A DNA stretch of 63,220 nucleotides, counting the filler, from Licmophora abbreviata (taxonomy: Eukaryota): the NCBI GenBank assembly GCA_900291995.1. It is 17 parts of 17 records of this genome, joined end to end, with 100 filler letters (N's around TTAATTAATTAA, not from the genome) between each part and the next. Parts side by side here need not be neighbours in the genome. Positions count along the whole stretch, not along the records: positions 34,383 to 37,840 come from OLMU01005510.1; positions 37,941 to 46,704 come from OLMU01005511.1; positions 46,805 to 54,510 come from OLMU01005512.1; 14 more parts are not named here. One strand, given 5' to 3'. Shown piece by piece: positions 36,680 through 49,327 of the stretch (its first letter is position 1; the number at the start of each line of letters is the position of its first letter). The notes beneath the pieces were generated by a model. It was not told where the DNA came from, did not search any database, and worked only from the letters and a program-made list of their open reading frames with translations. A program made the translations under genes and the position numbers.

Positions 36680-38865
36680 ATGAACAGGCGCAATAAGCCC
36701 TTTTCAACGCCGACTAGGCGTAAGCTGAGTCGACCATACAGTGAGAGGTCTCCTTCCTTACCCCGGACGCCATTGGTGAAGACGCCGACTCGAAACAGTT
36801 CGCGTAGCGCGAAAAATGGCACTCGCGGGACTCCCTCTCGCAATCTGACGTCGTCGACCTCTGCTGCACACATTTCTCGCAATCATTCGTCTTCCTCGCC
36901 TTCTTATGATGATCGATTTATCCCCAACCGTGCTAATATGAAGATTGACCTCATTCGCTCGAGTTTGTACAAAGCAGAGAAGCGTCGGCTTGAATCCATT
37001 GGGAAAGCGGCCGCACGCCAGCGTCGCAAGCTACTCGAGGGCAATTCTGCTTCTTCCACTTCACCGTCTGCGCCCGTCACCCCTCATGTGCAACACGAAA
37101 CGCCTCTTCAAACTGAGTTCCGGCGCCGATTCAAGGGTGCTCTGCTTGATATTCCTCTCGAACAACTCGTCGAAGCTCCTGCTACAGACATGCTGGGCCG
37201 TCGAAAGACTGCTGCGAACGAGATCCGTCCTACCTCGCTAGAGTTCCACAGTGATCGCAAGCCGTATGATTTGAGCTATCTTGCGTACTCATCGTTGGAA
37301 GAGCTTGAAGAAATGGAGACAGAGGATGACCCGACGACAACGCCTCCCCGTGTTCGTGAGTGCGAACCCCGATTTTTGTCCTTTGCCAACGACGAGAACA
37401 GAGCCGGAGGACGAAGTCGCTACCAGTCCAGCATGTCACGACTACCAGTAATTGATCCTTTTGAGCAGGACCAGCTTCGTGTCTTGCAGCGATCCGCCAT
37501 GAAATCGTCTTTCGGGAGATCTTTGTCTATCAATGGAGAAGATCTTGATGCCAGTGGCAGAGGGATGCAGTCGATTGCGGGCAAGATTTCCCGCCGTATC
37601 CCAGCCGCTCCAGCTCGCGTCTTGGATGCTCCAGATTTCGTGGATGATTATTATTTGAACCTCATTAGCTGGAGTCGTGATAATGTGCTCGCTGTTGCCC
37701 TCGGACAGTGTGTATACCTGTGGAATGCTTCGACTGGCGACATCCAGCTTCTCACCACGCTTCCGGGAGTCGACGATTACGCGACGAGCGTTTCCTGGGC
37801 CAGAAGTCCTGCAAACTCACAGCTCCTTTCTATTGGCACCNNNNNNNNNNNNNNNNNNNNNNNNNNNNNNNNNNNNNNNNNNNNTTAATTAATTAANNNN
37901 NNNNNNNNNNNNNNNNNNNNNNNNNNNNNNNNNNNNNNNNCCTGTGGAATGCTTCGACTGGCGACATCCAGCTTCTCACCACGCTTCCGGGAGTCGACGA
38001 TTACGCGACGAGCGTTTCCTGGGCCAGAAGTCCTGCAAACTCACAGCTCCTTTCTATTGGTACCAATTCTAATATGGTTCAGCTCTGGGATACAGTTGCG
38101 TTTCGTCGAGTTCGCACCCTGACCGGACACTCTGGTCGCGTAGGCTCGCTCGCATGGAACTCTAACAATTGGCTCACGTCAGGTTCGCGTGATTCTTGTA
38201 TCCTGCAACACGACGTTCGATCAGCAGACCACATTGTTGCGAGCTATAGGGGTCATACTCAGGAGGTGTGTGGCTTGGCATGGAATGAAGATTCTACGAC
38301 ACTTGCATCAGGAGGAAATGAGAACTATCTGTGTCTCTGGGACGCCGCCATTTCCAGTCGGAATTCCCGGCCGAGCCAGTTGAGTGGCTCGACAAGCTCC
38401 ACGCCACGCGTTCTCGTCACTGATCACAGTGCTGCAGTCAAGGCACTGGCATGGTGTCCGTTCAAGCGAGAGCTACTTGCCAGCGGCGGCGGTTCGGCTG
38501 ACAAGACAATCAAGTTCTGGAATACGCAGAATGGGTCTCTCTTGAATAGCGTCGACACCGGCTCCCAAGTATGTTCGCTTATCTGGTCCAATCATCAGAA
38601 GGAGTTGGTCAGCTCTCATGGATTCTCACAGAACCAACTGATCCTTTGGAACTATCCTTCAATGACCAAAATTCAAGAGTTCAAGGCCCACACTGCTCGT
38701 GTCCTCGCGATGGAAATGAGCCCGCATGGTCAGATCGTATCAGCTGGTGCCGACGAGACCCTTCGCTTCTGGGACATCTTTGGCCCTCCTCCACCGAAAA
38801 AGTCCAGAAGTTCTGGCTTTGGCAGCCTCGGCGACCTTCAATTTGGGATCACCACAGTTCGTTGA
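36680..38865 (+). CDS. CDC20: APC/C activator CDC20/Fizzy (WD40); spans spacer with a duplicated overlap
   Basis: C-box DRFIPNR, RVLDAPDFVDDYYLNLISWS, GHTQEVCGL.W, AAVKALAWCP, DTGSQVCSL.W, SHGFSQNQL, ADETLRFW, terminal VR tail. Confidence 0.93.
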
Positions 38866-38910
38866 AATTATCGTCCGTTCCTCCACATGTCTGCGGAGTG
38901 TTTTTGTTGC

Positions 38911-38957
38911 TCGTCTCGTATCGTCTCGTATCGTATCGTCTCGTATCGTTGTCGTAT
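38911..38957 (+). repeat. (TCGTM)n pentanucleotide microsatellite in the CDC20 3' region
   Basis: tcgtctcgtatcgtctcgtatcgtatcgtctcgtatcgttgtcgtat. Confidence 0.8.
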
Positions 38958-39434
38958 TTTCTTGTTGTGTTTGACCATAATTTCTTTGAGAGCCCCAGCT
39001 ACGATCGCATTAGAGAATAGAGATTACCAGATGTAGATTATAATGCAGCGCATAGCGCATCGGAAGTTTTAGATGGAATCGTTGCTTTTCTACTACTACA
39101 AACTAGTTCTGCTTTCCGACAGATATCATAGATCATATGTCTCCTCTCTCTCTCTAGCATACGTCGTAAACCGGATGAAACATCCATCTACTTCTTTCAA
39201 TAGAGTATGGACCTGGTAGAGGTAGAGTAGTAAAAACTTCTTTTTGCTTCCTTTTCGCCGACTCACTCGACTCGACTCGACTTACACTCTCTCACGGTTT
39301 GAGAGGATGTGAAAATGTGGATGACACACGTCTATGATACAAAATACTGTGACGCTGTGCATGTCCTTGATCCCACTTTGCACTTGCCGCCGCTGCCCGA
39401 CCCACTACTTTCAAAGAGATATTCCTTGTAGATC

Positions 39435-40244
39435 ATGCGACATCATAGTACAACCCAGGAGAACGCCATGTGGTGGAGGTTTCGTACCGTCTCTCCGCTG
39501 CTACTGGCAGCTTCTTTGCTGCTGATGATGCTTCACACCACCTCGGCGGCACTCTCGCTTCACGCGAGCGCGGCGAGATCGAAGAGTATGCAGCATGCTA
39601 CTACTTCCCGACGCGACTGGTTCGGAGCCGTTGTAGCAGCCGCTTCCAGTACAGCGTTTCCATCTCTCGCCTCTGCCGCCGAAAACGGGGACGTCACTCT
39701 CTTTACCACCTCCTCGGGTCTCAAATATATCGACATCAAAGAGGGAACGTCTGTCTCCCCCCGCTATGGTCAACTGTGTTCCATCAAGTACACTGGTTAT
39801 ATCGCCCTCCCGAATAAGGAGAAACAAAAGTTCGATTCGGCCGTCTTTCTGATCAAACATGGCAATGGCCGTGCGATTGCCGGACTCGACGAGGGTCTCC
39901 ACACTATGAAGGTGGGGGGAGTGAGGCGATTGATAATACCTCCGAAACTAGGCTATGTACAGAGCGGAATCGGTCCCATTCCAGAGTCGCCGTTTGCGCG
40001 TGGCAAACTGGGGAGTCTGCTGGACGATATGGTGGCTGTGAAGGGAGGAAATGTCATTTTTGATGTCGAACTGAGGAGCGTCATTTCAGATGAAGCGGAC
40101 CAGGGCTACTACGAAGACTCTAGTTTGACACCAGACGAATTCAACACTTTGAGGAATAATCTGCAGCGCAAAGCGGCGGATGCATTGAGCAGTGGCAAGT
40201 CGAATGTCGATGCATCGCCACCAGACCTGCCATCTACTAGCTAG
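39435..40244 (+). CDS. FKBP-type peptidyl-prolyl isomerase, probably thylakoid lumen
   Basis: SGLKYIDIKEG, IAGLDEGLHTMKVGGVRRLIIPPKLGY, IFDVEL; signal peptide followed by twin-Arg SRRDW + hydrophobic stretch ending ASA. Confidence 0.88.
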   Translation: MRHHSTTQENAMWWRFRTVSPLLLAASLLLMMLHTTSAALSLHASAARSKSMQHATTSRRDWFGAVVAAASSTAFPSLASAAENGDVTLFTTSSGLKYIDIKEGTSVSPRYGQLCSIKYTGYIALPNKEKQKFDSAVFLIKHGNGRAIAGLDEGLHTMKVGGVRRLIIPPKLGYVQSGIGPIPESPFARGKLGSLLDDMVAVKGGNVIFDVELRSVISDEADQGYYEDSSLTPDEFNTLRNNLQRKAADALSSGKSNVDASPPDLPSTS

Positions 40245-40721
40245 CTTCGGAGCGGCGACATTTTGGTCCAAGACAGTATCTGTACGATCCTGTGTTTTCA
40301 GTCTACACTACTCTAGGTTGGATGAACTCACGCTTTTCTAAACTTTGTAACGAGTATGTTTTCTTTTCCAGCTCCAATCAAGCTTTATGTCTCTCCCACC
40401 ACAACATGAGTACCGGTACCGGTGCTCGCGCATCATGGCATTCGCCATCTCTGTGGCTGTGGGCTCTTGTACCGTCCAGCCCTCCACCAGACTTTCATTT
40501 TCAACACGGAAAAATGAGGAAGGACAAAGGAGAGATGCAACACACATGCACACCACCGTCAAGCGAAACTGGAACAGTGAGCCCTTGCTGTGATTGCCTT
40601 GTTCTCTACGTCAGTAATTGATTGCACAGAGAGACGGGGAGTGCTGATTCTCGATACGAGCGCCGACAGTTTGCCTTCACACTTTCTCAAGTTCAAAAGA
40701 TTTCGCTCCCAAATCACCGTC

Positions 40722-43700
40722 ATGCGCAGAGCCTCTCATCGCACTGGCGGACGGGGTGGAAAGAGAGGGAAAGATCTTCCAAAACAGATTGATGATAATC
40801 ATAGTCGAGATATACCATCCTGTCAGTTGATCCACGAAGTGGCTGTGGACGTTTTCCCTGAGATTTTGAACAGCGATAAGCAAAAGAGTGACACGAATGA
40901 AGCGACGATTGCTGCTGATGCAAAGAAGAAGAGAAGCAATGGCGGTGGCAAGGCGAAATGCGGCGCCGTCGAAAAGCGAGAAGAAGCGCGGTCGCCCTCT
41001 ATCTTTGGAAGACTTCTTCGAAGACATCTGTTGGAGCAGCGAAAATACGAAGGGAGCAGTCAGACGGCAGGGGGTAAAAAGAAACGAAGGAAAAAAAGGA
41101 AAAAAGACTGCTCCGTCGTCCCCGCCACTGCCTGTAGGAGAGAGCTCTGGAGAAGCCTCGCAGGAGACTGCAGGTCATGAGGAGGTAGCAAGAGTCGGTG
41201 AGGCGTCCACCCCTGCAGAGAATGGTCTTGCAACGAAAACGTCGTCGCCAGCTCACAAGCAGATTGACGAACATGCCGTAATGGTGGAACGGTGGCTGGG
41301 TCGAGCAGCAGCATTGGAAACTACTCGCAGTCACACATCGGACCAAGTAGACCAGACGCTCCTGGTCAATCGAGACTTGGCGGCTTTTCTCAAATATCTA
41401 GCAAAGCCAGCCTCGCCAACCAAGAAACAGACGAATTCGCACTTGCCGGGGACTCCAACCATATCAATCGCAGATGTGCAGTCGGCATACGACTCGATAG
41501 CCTGTCTTGCGTGTCGTCAGTCGGCCGAGGCCTATTTGCGTTCCATGCACCTCTTACCAGCCCTTGATACGGTGAGTAAAAGAACAGCGGACGAGGATGA
41601 GGTGGACATTCCGGTTCCAATAACCTTGACACAACAAAGTATCGAAATACCAACGGGGAGACTCATGGGGTTTCCGATGATGGTAAATGGCGAGAGGGAT
41701 ATTGAACGGGCCTTTGATTATCATGCAATGGAAGAGGGGCTCGTTGACGACGACAAGAGAAGCTCCGATTCGTGGAAACTGTCCTTTCGGGGCCCCGAGA
41801 CGAGTGTCGCATCACCGGTTTTGAACCTCATGCCCGAAGAAATCACCGTTTCAGACGTGGAACAGCTGGTTCAGACGGTACTGCTGCCTTGTGGGCTACC
41901 TGAGGTAGACGACCCCAATGTGTATACCTTAGAGGATAGTCAAATGCAAGCGATTCAGACTGGGGCCAAGACTTTTTCGGACGAAATTATTGAGCAAATT
42001 CATGAGACAGGGAAAAAGCTGCAAGCGCTGAGAGCGATATTCAGTGAGATTGCTGGAACAACTCCGATGTCTGAGTTTGATGTATCTGCGGCGACCAAGC
42101 TGAAAGATTGTGATACAAGGTGCGACGAAGTACTGGAGCAGCTGCTGATGGTTTTATTTCGTGTAAGTAAGGAGCACTTTGCGTTGAGCGAGCTGAGCTC
42201 CGAAGCCTGGGCAGACGGCGCAATGCTAGAGCTGTGGGAGACCTACAAACAGACTCTGTCTACGATTATGGAGGCCGAGTTCCTACACGTTGGGGCTGTT
42301 GTACAGCTAGCCAACCGACCAGGGGTTGTTCCTCAGATGTTCCTTTCTGCCAAGCACCGATCGAGTACCTTGAGCATGGTAAGCGACAAAGGGAGGGCAC
42401 TCGCCCAGCTGCACGAGAAAATGGAGACTTGTCTTCTCTCGCCATTGTCGTCTGATGGCCAAGTTCCTTTTCTGCGGAAGCTGCTCTGCTACAAGCATTT
42501 TTGCCATATAGCAAGAGCTGGAAAGGCACGGCAGAGGAAAAAGGACGCGGACATGATCGACAATATTGCGCTGCGCCTCCTCAAGGATTACACCGAGCTC
42601 ACCAACACTGTATACTGTGTAAATGTGAACGGGATGGTGAACAAGCAGACGCAACGGTGTGATACAGTACTGGAATTGGTGAAGAAGTTCCATGAAGTTC
42701 TTTCCAATGAGGAGGGGGCAGTGAAGGCTGAGGTAGCTAAAGACTCTCTGACAACCTACAGCGAAAGTATGTGGAAAGCACAACAACTGGCGGATGCAAA
42801 CTCGAACAAATCAAAAAAAGACGAGGTCGTTGTTGAATCGAGACAATTGTACGAGTACCGCGGAAGTTTAGATGTACTAGTGGACAACGTCATGACACGC
42901 TGGAGATATGTGCGAAGTAGGCAGCTTCTGGACGACTCCGAAGAGCCATCTCCTTGTCATATTCCTCTGCGGTTGTCGAAGTGGCTGAGAGGCACTCATG
43001 ATGGCCGCGTACCTCAGCGTACGAATGTGGCTTGTGAGGGTGGGTGTGGAGAGCGACGTGTTGCCGGTATTCTCGGTGGACTGTTATATCAGTGGATGAT
43101 GGTACGATGCAACGAATGGCATGCGGAATTGGCACAAACTGAACTGCTCAAGGCAATGGATGTGGCATTATTTTCCGCTCCAGAAAGTGATGAGCATGAT
43201 AAGTCGGATCTCAGGTCTGCAAAGCCCAAGAGGAATAAGAAAAAGCGGGAGAAGAAGCTTGTCGCAGCGTTGACAGACAATACGCCAACGGACGAATCGG
43301 TCCGACTGAGTCCAAGTGAGGATCTCTGCCGCCGGAAAGATAGCGACGTGGCGTCTGTGGGTAACCTTGGAACCGACCTCACAGCAGAAAAGTTGAGTTC
43401 TCCGTCTTACCGCTCGCCAGGCGGGGAGGACGACAATGCTGGCTTTGAGTCTTCGCTGACCACGAATGGGAAGAAGAACGTGTTAGTTGAAGCACAGGTT
43501 GCAACGGAGATTGCTGAGGAGGTTGGATTCACTAATGTCGCATCAAAGACGAAAGAGCGACGAAAAGTGAAAGCGGTTGGGACGGTAGCTCAAGCTAGTG
43601 CATCAACATGTGCGGCGGCACCGGTAGGTGGTGCACGCGACTCACAAGGCAAACATGAAAAGGAAAGCCCAAAGGTCCAGCCGACGGAAGCGTCTAGGAA

Positions 43701-43920
43701 GTCAAACCACTCGGCGCCTATCGAAGTTGAATTAGAATCTCCTGAGAGTACTGAGCGCCTATCTACTGGCGGGCGGGCGAGTGAAGCTGAGATTGCATCA
43801 TGTTCTATTGGCGTTCTGACCGCGACAGGCATACAGTCCGCTGAGAGCTTCCTCGTCGAGAGATTGGTATCTGCCCTTCGTGAGAGGGGGGCGGAAAACA
43901 ATCCGGAAGTGCTTGGCTGA
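40722..43920 (+). CDS. Large hypothetical protein; apparent +1 frameshift in the A-rich run near 41085-41107
   Basis: MRRASH...KKRRKKRK in one frame joins KTAPSSPP... of the 1010-aa ORF if one A is removed; no recognised domain. Confidence 0.65.
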
Positions 43921-44083
43921 TCGGCGAGCCAGCTCCCTGCCGCAAGGATAACTTTGAGGTCAAAAGCCACTCGAATGCCCTTTTAAAAGCCAAATTGTAT
44001 GGTCAATTACTAGACCTCGTCAGGTTTTTTTTCATTTCTCGCCGAAGTGCCTCTTCTCGAACTTTTGACTCGGGTCTAGAAGA

Positions 44084-47000
44084 TTAGCAGTCAAATGCCA
44101 CGTCTGCAGTTGGCTCACTCTGATCCTTTGCATCGGCTGCAGCGGAGCCTGTGTTCTCGGACGGAGGCTCTGTTTTGTCGCACGGGATCTGGCCCTTCCA
44201 CATGCGTTCGATATCTTCCCTCGCTATAACCTCTTGGCGTATGACTTTGTTCAGCATCTTTCGAGATTCGGCAACTCTGGAATCGCGAGCACCATATTCA
44301 TCAAGCTGCGCACTGCAAGCTTTTGTTAGAATCTGCAGAGATCACAGTTGTAGTAAGAAATGGAGGCCGACTGTTTTCTCGTATGGACACGCTCAATGAC
44401 ACTTACCCTGATTGCCTGATCTTTGTTGCCGGCATGCAGGTTCGCGATTGCTAGATGATCCATAGTCGCTACGGCTGTGCTGTTGGCCGCACTCAAGAGG
44501 GCATATTGACGCTGACGAGGCGCGAAATGGGAGCAAGAGAAAGATCGTCGTGAGTGGCGCGAGGCTGCATCGGGTTCGCTGACATGGGATCAAAAGTACT
44601 TACAGCCAACGCAGCTTCAAAGGAGAGAATTGCGCCTGTGATGTCGTTCACACATAGTTGTATGCAGCCTATATTGGATCTGATGACAGACATTCTGAGG
44701 CTCGTGTCGTGAACAGCAAGTTTGGGCCCTCCGTAGAGAGATTGTTTCAAGATAGACTGTTGAATATCCAATGCATCCCTGAAAAATACTAGCGCGGTTT
44801 CATGCCTGTCGTTTCTGAAGGAAATGCACCCAAGATTGTTGAGCACTTCCGAGATTCGCATGGAATCAGATATCTTGGGGGTGAAACGCTTGCTGTCTTC
44901 GATTACCGCTTCCAGTCCTCTCTCTGCGGCCTGAAGATCTCCAAGAGCATAGTAGCATAAGGCAATCATGGAAAGAGTGGTCAAATAATCCGTGCTTGTC
45001 TCTCCCGAGTTCGACTTTCTATTCTCTGAGGACTGCTCAAAACACCGCAGCGCGTGTCTAAAATCGGCCTTTGACCCAGTCAGGAAGTAGAGAATCCCAA
45101 TGTTGTAAAGCGAAGTGCCAATGTAAGGTTGGGCGTCGAATGTTACCGAGCTGTCTTTTCGAGTGCCCGAGTCGCCCTCCAGAAAGGCTTCTTTGTAAGT
45201 GTTGACGATTTCCTCGTAGAGCTCCCGCGCCTCCTCAAATTTATCGTGCTACAGACAACGGACCAACTGTGTGAGAATGTCGACTAGATAGAGGAAACAT
45301 TTCAAATCCTTTGCAAACTCACCTCTAAGTAGTCGACGGCATTCGCTTCCAGCTCCCGGATATGCTCGGTACTGTTGACGACTCGCATTTCGTCGACATC
45401 GACGGGCAATGGCAACCGCTGTTTCCGCTTGATCCGCTGTTCGAATGAATTCTGTCTCTGCCTCATTGTCCTCATTCGCATAACCGCAGTTCGAACCTGC
45501 TGCATTTCTTCTCCTGGACCTGGTGATTGGTATGAATCGTTAAGCAAAGATAGGAGTATGTCTCCTTTCGATATCCCTCTAGTGTCATCCAGCCGTCGAA
45601 TCATCGCGGGCCTCAGCTTTGGTGATGAAGAAAAAACTGGGTCTATCTCGTCATGTTTGTTTGGACTTCTTTCTGAACCGCTATTCGGTCTTTTCATCCC
45701 GACAGTTTCAGGCGCGTCCCCGATTTCCGACGCCGCCGCCGGCACGAACGAACTTTCTCTTGGAGACTGGGTGGTTTCTGTCTTTTCGACAATTGCTTTC
45801 TTAGACTCGCTGCTGCCTACAGTCGGCACCACCCTTTCGGAAGCATCGGTCTCGTGCACGTCATCACTCATGTCTGAAAGCTTCATATGTCTCTTCTCTT
45901 CCACGCCCACACCTCTTCGATCACGGTTATCGTCATCTTCAGATATTGATCTCGACCTAAGGATAGGATCATCTGATCTCGTGTTACTTCCGATGCATGC
46001 GCCGTTGACCCTGCCAGGCATTGGTTCACTCATTCCCTGTGACGATCTTGTTCTGACCACTCGCCCAAGAACCATCTCCCGCTGTTCACCGAGACACTCA
46101 TTGTCATCAGAATTCCGCAAGAGCTCAATTTTGTCATTGTCAGTTCCTCGTTCGAGAAGTCGAGCGCCGTCTGGATCCAGACGATTCTTTTGCAATCCTA
46201 TTGACATTTTGAGTTTGTGCTCCTTCCACTCTGCCACCATTTGCTCCGGCGTCTTGCTCTTCCAAAGACTCCCGCTGACGTCGTCGTCAATTTCAACGAC
46301 GGATCCCAAGAGCAGATCTTCCATCGTGCAAGCAACAGTTTGGGCGGCTGATTGCGAAAAGTAAGCTGCGTCATCCAGCATAGCTTCAACGGCACTTTGT
46401 TCGGGCTCTTGATTCTCTCCGGGAAGCGCATCTTGCCTTCGGGTCGAAATGTGCGACTCTTTTTCATCCTGAGGGACTTCCTCTTGTGCAACGGCCTCCG
46501 TGGGAAAGAAAGCCAGCGCCGGTCCGGGGCTAGACGTCGAAAGGCATAGTGAAGAGTTCCTGCTACGCGATGGTGACCCAGCGGTGCGCTTCGATTTCGG
46601 CCCCCTACGTACGTTCTTGCCCAGTGGATAAGATTTCTCGTCGTATGCAGACGACGATTTTCCCAAAGAAGATATCCCTTCGGTCTTCTCAGTACGAATC
46701 AAAGNNNNNNNNNNNNNNNNNNNNNNNNNNNNNNNNNNNNNNNNNNNNTTAATTAATTAANNNNNNNNNNNNNNNNNNNNNNNNNNNNNNNNNNNNNNNN
46801 NNNNTTGGATGAGTGAGAACTTGCCTCGACTTCTGGAGGCGAATCATCTAATGCTTTCGCCAAACTCTTTCTATGAAAACTCGGCCTCCTCAAGGGATGA
46901 CCTATGGAAGCTCTCATGGGACTGGGTGCACCAGATTCATCTTCATCCTCAGGTCGATTAGCAGCTTTCGGTGCCATCAGGCGCCCGGGAGCACTCATCC

Positions 47001-47528
47001 TGGTTGTTTGTGTCACCGCGTGGTTGGTCTGCTGCCCGACATCCGCGCTCCCTTTATTGAAGTTCCCAAGAAAGAGGAGTGCGGTTTTGCGCTCTCGAGG
47101 AGGAGTCCGTCTCTCTTTCAGGGCAGGAATCTCATCTCCCTCATCAAATGGGATCTCACTGTGCAAGGCTTTGGTAGCATTCGGAAGCATGGCTTTCGGT
47201 GAAGAGGCATCTCTAGATCTCTGAGCAGGTGATTCCGACTCATCATTTCTGATTTGCCGCTTGGGTGTGTTTGGCGGCGTAGACAGGGGACTAGGAGGCA
47301 CTTCTTCCTCGGCAGTTTTCGAAACCAGGATCAAACTGGGTGGATGAATCGAAGGCAGCGGTTCGTAGTCCTCTGGAAGTTCCATGATTCCCATGCGATA
47401 GACCACACCAGAAACTTCCCCTGCCACTTTCGCAGATGATCCTTAGCTCACGTCGACTGTCCCGCAACGCAAGTGCTTCTTCGATGCTCACTGATCACGG
47501 TCGTGTGTCGAGCAATTGCGTCGTACAT
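44084..47528 (-). CDS. TPR-repeat protein with a long disordered N-terminus; introns 47427-47491, 45249-45322, 44512-44603 and 44333-44406; spans spacer 46705-46804
   Basis: GTSLYNIGILY, SEVLNNLGCI..A..FF.DALDIQ, SNIGCI TPR motifs; canonical GT-AG sites keep the frame; first exon less certain. Confidence 0.75.
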
Positions 47529-48155
47529 GACGCCGAGTCTCGACTAGAGGGGCACCAGACACCGACACTAGAGTAACGCGCGCTATCATCGGATCAAAAA
47601 TTTCGAACGGTTGGGTCCCAAGTTTTAAGTTTTCGCCCAACAGTTGATCTTGCGCATACCTGGCACGCGTGAGTTGTTTTGAATTAATATTATACGTTAT
47701 TGAATGTAATATACCGCGCGAGTCACTCCTCTATTTAATGATCTCGGAGTGCAAACTCGCGATTGAAATGGATCAAACATAGATACAAACCCGCTAGGCT
47801 TTTTGGATTGCAAAGTAATACTTATTAAAATTCAAGTACGAATACTTATTTTACCCACACGGCATATACAAGGTTGAATAGAGTGAGTCGATATCATAAA
47901 ATTTCCCACGTCTGGCCATGCATCGGTCAATCGGCGACAAACACAAATGCTTGCGGTCTGGCCGGTGAGCGGGAGCAAAACCAAGCTCACAATTTCGATG
48001 CCGCGGAAAGCTGAAAATGACTGGACGATAATGACGAATGACCTGTAGTCGTTGGGTGATTGTACAAACTGATGGATGATTGTGGACACGAACCTTGCGG
48101 GGCTAATCTATTGTGAATCTTGGAGCATACCAGTAAATCGCAGGACGCTACTGGT

Positions 48156-49289
48156 ATGGCCAAGGAGCCTCCAGCCTCGGCAACGCCTGCGATCCACCGA
48201 CGGAGGGGGCAGAGACAGCGCCGTCCGAGAGGTCTTCTTCATTTTATCCTTGAAGCATGTTTTTTGATATTTAGTATCATGGAATACGCCCTCTATCTTG
48301 ATTCCACAGTCGAGCTTCCGTCTGAGCATGACATTCGAGAACTCCAAGAGGCGCAAAGTGCTACGCCGCCAGGCTTGAGCAGCATGAAAGTAGTGAAGAA
48401 CAACCAGAACGCTCTACTTTGGATCGTGATTCGCTCCACAGAGGCTCGTCTCGGAAACAACATGTTCCAGTTTGCTAGTAGTTTTGGAGCCGTAGAGAAC
48501 TACAAGCGGAACCCCGTTAAGCTCTGCATACACCCTGAGTTTGATCTCCCTTATCTGAACCAAACGGTGGTGGGACCATTCGCTCCGTATTGCCCTGAAC
48601 ATATTGTCAATCATGAAAGATTACAGGAAGTGGGCGAAATGGCCTATGCAACTTACAACGAAATTAAGTTCCCTCCTTGTGACGCCTCGGACTACTGCGT
48701 GTTTGCCTTGAAGGGATATTTTCAGTCTTATCGGTACTTTCAAGACTGCTGTGCGAAAGAAATCCGAGAGAGGTTTGAGTTTCTACCCAGCATACAGCAA
48801 ACAGCATCCCAAGTCTTGGAGACGTTGGCTGCAAGCAAGCCCATCGTTATTGGAATGCACGTGCGTCGCGGAGACATGTCCGCCGCCAAGCATCGAGGTC
48901 GATTTTATTTACGGGAACCGCCCGTTTCGTACTACCAATCTGCGATGCACCACTTCTACGAAATGTACCAATCAATTCAGTTCGTGGTAGCATCAGACGA
49001 TCCAGAATGGTGTGAGGAAAACTTAAAGCCGTTGGATAATTCCATGGTAATCTTACGAAACCATTCAGCGGCGGTCGATCTGGCCATTCTTTCTTCCTGT
49101 CACCATGTGATCATTAGCCGGGGATCTTATGGCTGGTGGGCGGGGTGGCTGTCTGGCTCCAAGGCAGTGTACTACAAAGATGCTTTTGTGTTGGAGCATC
49201 CTGAAAACGAGGGAAGAGTAGTGCTGTCCGATCATTATCCACCAAACTGGGCGGGGTTGGGTAGTATGGACGACGCCGTACAACAATGA
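48156..49289 (+). CDS. Alpha-1,2-fucosyltransferase-like (GT11)
   Basis: RLGNNMFQFAS, GYFQSYRYF, GMHVRRGD, VASDDPEWC, D.AILS.C.H.IISRGSYGWW..WL; type II anchor. Confidence 0.92.
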   Translation: MAKEPPASATPAIHRRRGQRQRRPRGLLHFILEACFLIFSIMEYALYLDSTVELPSEHDIRELQEAQSATPPGLSSMKVVKNNQNALLWIVIRSTEARLGNNMFQFASSFGAVENYKRNPVKLCIHPEFDLPYLNQTVVGPFAPYCPEHIVNHERLQEVGEMAYATYNEIKFPPCDASDYCVFALKGYFQSYRYFQDCCAKEIRERFEFLPSIQQTASQVLETLAASKPIVIGMHVRRGDMSAAKHRGRFYLREPPVSYYQSAMHHFYEMYQSIQFVVASDDPEWCEENLKPLDNSMVILRNHSAAVDLAILSSCHHVIISRGSYGWWAGWLSGSKAVYYKDAFVLEHPENEGRVVLSDHYPPNWAGLGSMDDAVQQ

Positions 49290-49327
49290 GAGCCAAAAAG
49301 AGACTCTAGAGAGAGCAAGTTGTCTAT

